Positions 37,001 through 41,064 of a stretch of DNA of 41,064 nt are shown here, one piece after another; the first letter of the stretch is position 1; every line of letters starts with the position of its first letter. Origin of the DNA: an uncultured Eubacteriales bacterium (lineage in GTDB: Bacteria > Bacillota > Clostridia > Christensenellales > UBA1242); contig CAJJIV010000002.1 in NCBI GenBank assembly GCA_905187655.1, positions 1 to 41,064 on the forward strand, given 5' to 3'. Both the position numbers and the translations under genes were made by a program. The notes below the pieces were generated by a model, which did no database searches, was not told the origin of the DNA, and saw nothing but the letters and a program-made list of their open reading frames with translations.

Positions 37001-37531
37001 AAACTTTTTGGTGGATTACCCAATGAATTGGCAATTGAAAAAGGTTTAGCATATCACCGTGTTATGCAACACATAGCACTGGATATAACAAGTGAAATTG
37101 GGGTTAAAGAAGCAATGGAACGACTTGTTAGCGAAGGTGTTTTGTTTGAAAGTGATTTGCAAACGGTTAACTATGTAGATATTTTTAAACTTATTAATTC
37201 TACTGTTATTAAAGATTGTATTAAGTCTTATTCAATATTAAGAGAAAAAGAATTTATTGCATTAACAAAACTTCCAAAATTAAAAGGTGAACAGACAGAC
37301 TTAGATAGTGTTGTATTGCAAGGGGTAGTAGATTTAGTTGCAATTAACAAAAATAAAGCAATTGTTATAGACTTTAAAACAAATAATTGGAAAAAAGAAG
37401 AGAATTATATAAACACATATAAAAAACAACTGGATATGTATGCAAAAGTTATTGCCGAAAGTTATAAAATTAATGACGTTAAGGAATATATATATTCGTT
37501 TAACATGGGAAAATTTATTCCAATTAATTAA
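34067..37531 (+). CDS. addA: helicase-exonuclease AddAB, subunit AddA
   Basis: 1154 aa. UvrD-type helicase motifs (ASAGSGKT, VDEYQD, GDVKQSIYRFRG). C-terminal nuclease (QGVVDLV...VIDFKTN). Confidence 0.93.
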   Translation: MAEKSTSQKKEKKLSIEQQKCLDERNKNLLVSASAGSGKTFIMIERIKNLIINKEASVLDLLVVTFTKASALEMKARLVAGLEKLPEKDDYIKQQLFDVNIANICTLHSFCARLLKTYFYEVGLDPSFIMIDEIEGRQLKEKALTKLIDNAFMRQDEKFFTLYEMFSSNRKEDNFRELIISFYEYALNMVDFDRWFEEKITSAYDLDLKKNICANFINSTMIEEFTWLKQRADELLEQFNNDKEEKLIAYLNTLYVNLLKIKENNDFEQNRKNSIMFEPIVQLRVKCEKEENKELLKEFRDSVASAIKKAETLYFVSNDKFMDRVSVVKDQIIALKSYVDEFADIYGELKREKVALDYSDLERFTLQLLSNSEIQQVIKERFKYVFVDEYQDINEVQEAILQAVSGADNLFMVGDVKQSIYRFRGSEPQIFVDKYNRFKTNADQQNMALDLNCNFRSNKDILDFCNEVFARSMTSDFGGVDYAKNSMLVKGGDNVLSVATREDPVVSINLIETVQSRTQLEEFLEPYSVKKHKNEDEEVLKRASVEGNILAQKINELVKKDVYIEKDGEKRKLGYNDITVLTISRGEYLEVVLKELTKQGIPYSSDIKQDIFDEYNMNVLKSLLELIENRYNDIALLAVLGSDVFTFSLNDLAIIRKNDKTSKFFYQAFENSLNNEGVPSLIRDKVFDFINTINKFNFISKFTPVDELIKRVIKETKFKEVVLQQENGDVVMSNITKLLNFLNGKNYNESLTKFLETLKENPICFEEDSFDNGVKITTIHQSKGLEYPVVMLIGAGRQLLNSKDRSELLFSRKLGPAIPYFNLEEHVKSCTLNSLAISNENESDELKEKLRLLYVALTRAVNYLFIFGRVGQSTKLVNHKRAKTFLDWIMPVVQAKQNGGMLTFSNFEVNYFSADDTIDLADDKEEKNYKFGVGDENFKSTISKVLNYEYPYKKSTEMPVKTSVSELIKEDEEQSFIPKLFGGLPNELAIEKGLAYHRVMQHIALDITSEIGVKEAMERLVSEGVLFESDLQTVNYVDIFKLINSTVIKDCIKSYSILREKEFIALTKLPKLKGEQTDLDSVVLQGVVDLVAINKNKAIVIDFKTNNWKKEENYINTYKKQLDMYAKVIAESYKINDVKEYIYSFNMGKFIPIN

Positions 37532-37559
37532 GATAATTTTTATAATTGTCTAAAAATAT

Positions 37560-37588
37560 TCGACAAAAGTTTTTTTGCGTGATATAAT
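37560..37588 (+). promoter_or_regulatory. putative sigma-A promoter
   Basis: TCGACA (37560-37565), 17-nt spacer, TGaTATAAT (37583-37588). Confidence 0.45.
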
Positions 37589-37621
37589 TACCCTAAACAA
37601 ATATTGTGGAGTAATTTTTGT

Positions 37622-38701
37622 ATGTTTGAAACTTTGCGTACCGCATTTAAAGTGCTTGTAGCTAATTTAACCCAAGATAAACTTATTATAATTGGATTAG
37701 TTGTTCTTGGCCTTATGATTATTTGGAGCTTAACAACATTGCTTGTTAATAGCCAAGTAAGATTTAGAAGATCATGTTATAAAATAATAAGTTTTTTAAA
37801 AGACAACGAAGTTACTAGTGAAAACTACCCAAAGTTTATCAGGCTTTGGGCGGGTTTCCCTGCATCTATGCGTTTTGCATGGAAAAGATATGAAAATGCC
37901 AAGTCTGGCAAAGCAAGTGATTATCTTAATCAAAATGAATGTGTTGACCTTTACGTTTCCGGCGGTTTGCAAAAACAGAATCGTTCACTTATGAGGTCTT
38001 GTATTGCCGTTTGTGTGGCATTTATTGTTTTGTTTTCTATTTCAATAATAGGAACAACAACTTCTATTGGTGCCACAAATTGCGAGTTTACAACTTCTTT
38101 GGTTGTAGATATGCTTATTGTTCCATTTAGCTTATATTTGCTATTTATGGTAAACTATTATATTTACACAACAATAAGACATCAGCAATATAAAATTATG
38201 GTAGACGTCTTTTATGATTTGTTAGATTGTTTAGATGAAAAAATAGATTTTGATTCTATTTTTGGAAAAGACAACAAAACAATTGGTCTGGTTAGCAGTG
38301 TATATGAAAACGAAACAATGCAAATGCTAATTGAAAATGGTAAAAACAATCGAAATAAAAAGATGGACACAACAGAAGTTACCATGAGCGGAAATGGTGG
38401 CTTGACTCCACTTAAATCTGGGGTACTTGGTGTGGAAGACGTTAAAGATAGCACAAATAAAAATGTAATTAAAACAGATAAAGTAATCTCTAATAAATTA
38501 TCTGAACCAGCAGGTGAAGCAGTCTTTAAAATTAAAAATGAAGCACAGTTTTTGGAAACTGTTAATCGTGTTGATGAACTTCTTGCTAAACTTGAAACAG
38601 AGAAAAAGGGCGAAAAACGTAAGGAACTTGAAGCTGAAGTTAACATTAAAATAAAAGCACTAACAGAATACAAACAAAAAGCTAAGACTAAAAAAGAATA
38701 A
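37622..38701 (+). CDS. hypothetical membrane protein (3 TM plus Lys/Glu-rich coiled-coil tail)
   Basis: 359 aa from the ATG at 37622 (GGAG SD; the track GTG at 37604 is less likely). TM1 IIIGLVVLGLMIIWSLTTLLV; TM2/3 CIAVCVAFIVLFSISIIG and LVVDMLIVPFSLYLLFMVNYYIY. C-terminal charged helix. No family recognised. Confidence 0.6.
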   Translation: MFETLRTAFKVLVANLTQDKLIIIGLVVLGLMIIWSLTTLLVNSQVRFRRSCYKIISFLKDNEVTSENYPKFIRLWAGFPASMRFAWKRYENAKSGKASDYLNQNECVDLYVSGGLQKQNRSLMRSCIAVCVAFIVLFSISIIGTTTSIGATNCEFTTSLVVDMLIVPFSLYLLFMVNYYIYTTIRHQQYKIMVDVFYDLLDCLDEKIDFDSIFGKDNKTIGLVSSVYENETMQMLIENGKNNRNKKMDTTEVTMSGNGGLTPLKSGVLGVEDVKDSTNKNVIKTDKVISNKLSEPAGEAVFKIKNEAQFLETVNRVDELLAKLETEKKGEKRKELEAEVNIKIKALTEYKQKAKTKKE

Positions 38702-38718
38702 AATTTGGAGTTTATGTA

Positions 38719-38931
38719 ATGAAAAAGAAAGTTGAAATAAAAAAGACAATGACACTAGATGAAGTTTTAAATTTAAACCCTAATGCAGAGGGCATATTAA
38801 TGGGTTTTGGAATGCATTGTTTGGGTTGTCCGTCCGCATCGGGCGAGAGCATTGAACAGGCGGCCGCTGTACACGGTGTTGACGCAGACGCGCTTGTTGA
38901 AAAAATCAACGCATATCTCGCAAGCAAATAA
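38719..38931 (+). CDS. DUF1858 / hybrid-cluster-protein-associated redox disulfide domain protein
   Basis: 70 aa. Motif MTLDEVL...GFGMHCLGCP...ESIEQAA..HGVD is typical of DUF1858. Base composition switches inside this ORF (see findings). Confidence 0.7.
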   Translation: MKKKVEIKKTMTLDEVLNLNPNAEGILMGFGMHCLGCPSASGESIEQAAAVHGVDADALVEKINAYLASK

Positions 38932-39037
38932 TTTTGCGTGCGCTGACCTCTGCCGAAACTCAAACGTACTACACTTGACCGTTTCAGCTTAGGTTTTTAC
39001 AAAAACATTAAATTTTAAAAAAATTTGAAATAAACAC

Positions 39038-39066
39038 TTGACAAATCAGCGGCAATATTATATAAT
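39038..39066 (+). promoter_or_regulatory. consensus sigma-A promoter of yceD-rpmF
   Basis: TTGACA (39038-39043), 17-nt spacer, TATAAT (39061-39066). Confidence 0.6.
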
Positions 39067-39134
39067 AGTTGCCGTCTGTTTGTTATGTTGTATGATTCAA
39101 TATTGTACAGACGGATACTGAACGGAGGTTTTAT

Positions 39135-39638
39135 ATGAAGCTCAATCTTTTGCCCATACTTAACTTTGACGGCAAAAAAATTCATATCGATGAGAAAGTT
39201 TCTGTTTCTCCGCGTCACGATGACACTTTTAAAATCTGTTCGCCCGTTGAATTTGACGGCACGGTTCAAAACGTTGGCGGCACAATTGAGCTTTGCGGCA
39301 CTGCCGCGGCTTGGCTTAACCTAATCTGTGACCGCTGCGGCGAGGAGTATGAAACGACTCTTCGGTTTCCGATAGACGAAAGGTTTAAAAAAGCCGATGA
39401 ATTTTCGGACGTTGACGACGACCCCGATATTTCAATGCTTAAGGGTACATCGATTGACCTTGACGAGATTATTTATACGAATCTGTTCCTTAATCTGCCG
39501 TCAAAACAACTGTGCAGTGATGATTGCAAAGGTTTGTGTCCGATATGCGGAGGCAACCTTAACAAGACCGACTGTGGATGCAAGAGCGACACAACCGACC
39601 CACGGTTCGACATTCTTGACAATCTGCTCGGAAAGTAA
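39135..39638 (+). CDS. yceD: YceD/DUF177 family protein (23S rRNA accumulation protein)
   Basis: 167 aa. C-terminal CxxC cluster CSDDCKGLCPICGGNLNKTDCGC. Canonical position upstream of rpmF. Confidence 0.85.
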   Translation: MKLNLLPILNFDGKKIHIDEKVSVSPRHDDTFKICSPVEFDGTVQNVGGTIELCGTAAAWLNLICDRCGEEYETTLRFPIDERFKKADEFSDVDDDPDISMLKGTSIDLDEIIYTNLFLNLPSKQLCSDDCKGLCPICGGNLNKTDCGCKSDTTDPRFDILDNLLGK

Positions 39639-39714
39639 GTAGAATATGCAAGGTTCGCCTTGTTACGGGTTTCCCGTTATATTTAGTAATTATGAGAAAG
39701 AGGTGTATTACATT

Positions 39715-39894
39715 ATGGCAGTTCCAAAGAGAAAAACATCAAAAGCCAGAAGAGATAAAAGGAGAGCTAATTGGAAGCTTTCTGTACCGGGAATGGTAAA
39801 GTGTCCTTCCTGCGGTGAGTTCAAAATGCCTCACAGAGCTTGCAGAGCTTGCGGTTCTTACAAGGGCAAAGAGGTTATTTCGGTTGAGGCGTAA
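39715..39894 (+). CDS. rpmF: 50S ribosomal protein L32
   Basis: 59 aa from the ATG at 39715 (AGAGGTG SD): [22 protein letters not shown]... with Zn-ribbon CPSCG...CRACG. The track start 39646 is an upstream extension. Confidence 0.92.
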   Translation: MAVPKRKTSKARRDKRRANWKLSVPGMVKCPSCGEFKMPHRACRACGSYKGKEVISVEA

Positions 39895-39934
39895 TGTCTT
39901 TATGAAATAATTTTCGGCTTTTAATGCATTATTG

Positions 39935-39968
39935 CGGCAAGGTGTTAATACCTTGCCGTTCTTTTTTA
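39935..39968 (+). terminator. rho-independent terminator after rpmF
   Basis: Stem CGGCAAGGT / ACCTTGCCG (39935-39943 / 39950-39958) followed by TTCTTTTTTAT. Confidence 0.8.
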
Positions 39969-40082
39969 TGCATTTTTTACTTGTAATCATAACAACTTTA
40001 TGATATAATTATAATGTTGTATTATGCGTATAAGGTTTTATGTATGATACAAAATTCAGATATGAATCGGAGGTAATTGCCT

Positions 40083-41064
40083 GTGTCCGCAAGAATTGCG
40101 CACGTTGAACAAGACAGTCTCGCCGAGCTTGCCGGGCTGGCGGAAAACGACATAATACTCAGCATCAACGAGATTGAGATACATGATTACCTCGATTATA
40201 TGTATGCGTCATGCGCCGAATCGGTCAATATCACATACAAAAGAAGCGGCGAAGATTATGAGGTTATCATCGACAACGATGACTTTGAACCGCTCGGCAT
40301 CACGTTTGCCACCTTGCTCATTGATGAACCGATGTCATGCCGAAACAAATGTGTGTTCTGTTTCATCGACCAGCTTCCCAAAGGAATGCGCGAAACGTGC
40401 TATTTTAAAGATGATGACTATCGTCTATCCTTCCTTCAGGGGAACTATGTCACCATGACGAATATGACTGACGATGATGTCAAAAGGCTCGTTCGATACA
40501 ACATTCCGCGCATAAACATCTCTGTTCACACAACCAATCCCGAACTCAGATGCAAGATGCTCAATAACAGGTTTGCCGGAAAGATTAACGAGTACCTGAA
40601 AATCTTAGCGGACGGCGGTCTGAACATCAATGCTCAAATCGTGCTTTGTCCGAATTATAATGACGGCGCCGAGCTTGACCGCACCATATCCGACATTGCG
40701 GCTTTGGGTGACAGCGTTGAAAGCGTATCGATAGTTCCGGTCGGCTTATCCGATTTTCGAAAAGGGCTTGCCGATTTAACAGGTTTTGATCCTACCTCTG
40801 CTGCCGCCGTAATAGAACAGGTTTCAAAATGGCAGAAAAAATTTCGCCGAGAGAGAGACACGGGGCTTATATACCTGTCCGATGAGTTCTATCTCAAAGC
40901 AAATATGCCTTTTCCCGATTACTCGGAATATGACGGCTTTCCGCAGATTGAAAACGGCGTTGGTTTGTGTGCGTCACTGATAAACGAATTTGACGAGGCG
41001 TGTGACGGAACAGCCGCGGAACTCGTTCCGAAACGCCGCAAAACGATTGCGACCGGGTTGGCGG
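40083..41064 (+). CDS. DUF512-type radical SAM protein (PDZ-like N-terminus), 3'-truncated by the window end; absent from the ORF track
   Basis: GTG start 9 nt after GGAGG. The frame is open to the window end. Translation: VSARIAHVEQDSLAELAGL...CRNKCVFCFIDQLPKGMRETCYFKDDDYRLSFLQGNYVTMTN...INISVHTTNPELRCKMLNNRFAG...NAQIVLCPNYNDG. This matches the conserved DUF512 family pattern. Confidence 0.8.
   Translation, partial: MSARIAHVEQDSLAELAGLAENDIILSINEIEIHDYLDYMYASCAESVNITYKRSGEDYEVIIDNDDFEPLGITFATLLIDEPMSCRNKCVFCFIDQLPKGMRETCYFKDDDYRLSFLQGNYVTMTNMTDDDVKRLVRYNIPRINISVHTTNPELRCKMLNNRFAGKINEYLKILADGGLNINAQIVLCPNYNDGAELDRTISDIAALGDSVESVSIVPVGLSDFRKGLADLTGFDPTSAAAVIEQVSKWQKKFRRERDTGLIYLSDEFYLKANMPFPDYSEYDGFPQIENGVGLCASLINEFDEACDGTAAELVPKRRKTIATGLA

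Noticed and set aside
38212-38673. 153-aa minus-strand ORF opposite the membrane protein tail.
   Set aside because: It is a shadow of a Lys/Glu-rich coding region (Ser/Phe/Leu-rich antisense product), has no SD, and is fully nested.
38712-38992. ORFs 38712..38963 (minus) and 38807..38992 (plus) overlapping the DUF1858 gene.
   Set aside because: The higher GC of this segment produces long spurious frames, while the DUF1858 frame carries a recognisable conserved motif.
38941-39000. Possible terminator after the DUF1858 gene (GCCGAAAC...GTTTCAGC followed by TTAGGTTTTT).
   Set aside because: The stem has a mismatch and a 21-nt loop, which is too weak to call.
39397-39642. 81-aa plus-strand ORF in an alternative frame within yceD.
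   Set aside because: It overlaps the YceD frame, which has the family's CxxC cluster and a proper GGAGG SD.
40174-40861. Track ORFs 40174..40458 (plus) and 40655..40861 (minus).
   Set aside because: Both lie inside the open DUF512 radical SAM frame (40083..>41064). The track missed that frame because it starts with GTG and has no stop within the window.
1-41064. Search for tRNA or rRNA genes, transposases, integrases, phage structural genes, toxin-antitoxin pairs and cas genes.
   Set aside because: I recognised none in any frame or intergenic region. Outside the terminal GC shift, I saw no terminal inverted repeats or flanking direct repeats that would delimit an island.

Overview
This is a gene-dense 41 kb stretch of a low-GC, endospore-forming Bacillota (Clostridia-like) chromosome. 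I call about 45 CDS and see no rRNA, tRNA, CRISPR array, transposase or integrase. The content is mostly housekeeping and sporulation genes, arranged as blocks with Bacillus-like synteny: (1) yqfC-yqfD-ybeY-era-yqzL-recO; (2) ppdK; (3) a PflX-like radical SAM gene and a 1125-aa BspA-type LRR surface protein carrying 15 near-identical 69-nt tandem units; (4) yabP-yabQ-divIC (minus strand) divergent from spoIIE-tilS, followed by a head-only nucleotidyltransferase, vanW, veg and a DUF3794/LysM protein; (5) glpK (minus strand); (6) rpmG-secE-nusG-rplK-rplA, an orphan gene, the L10 leader, rplJ-rplL; (7) a DUF1540 gene (minus strand), rplI and a NahK-like kinase; (8) addB-addA; (9) a 3-TM coiled-coil protein and a DUF1858 protein, then yceD-rpmF and a 3'-truncated DUF512 radical SAM gene. 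Three real genes are absent from the ORF track: yqzL-like (2972..3106), rpmG (24405..24554) and the DUF512 gene (40083..>41064). Many transcription units have near-consensus sigma-A promoters (TTGACA-17-TGnTATAAT) and clear rho-independent terminators. The items most worth a second look are these. (a) An abrupt GC and codon-usage switch at about 38.82 kb, in frame inside the DUF1858 ORF, so the last 2.2 kb may come from a different genomic background (chimeric assembly or recombination). (b) A self-contained three-gene operon of unrecognisable proteins between recO and ppdK. (c) An orphan gene splitting rplKA from rplJL, and no rpoBC after rplL. (d) The homogenised LRR repeat array. (e) Several candidate leaderless or SD-less starts (tilS, the radical SAM gene, spoIIE). 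I cannot assign any known defence or mobile system. Functional calls come from motif and synteny recognition by eye, not from database searches.
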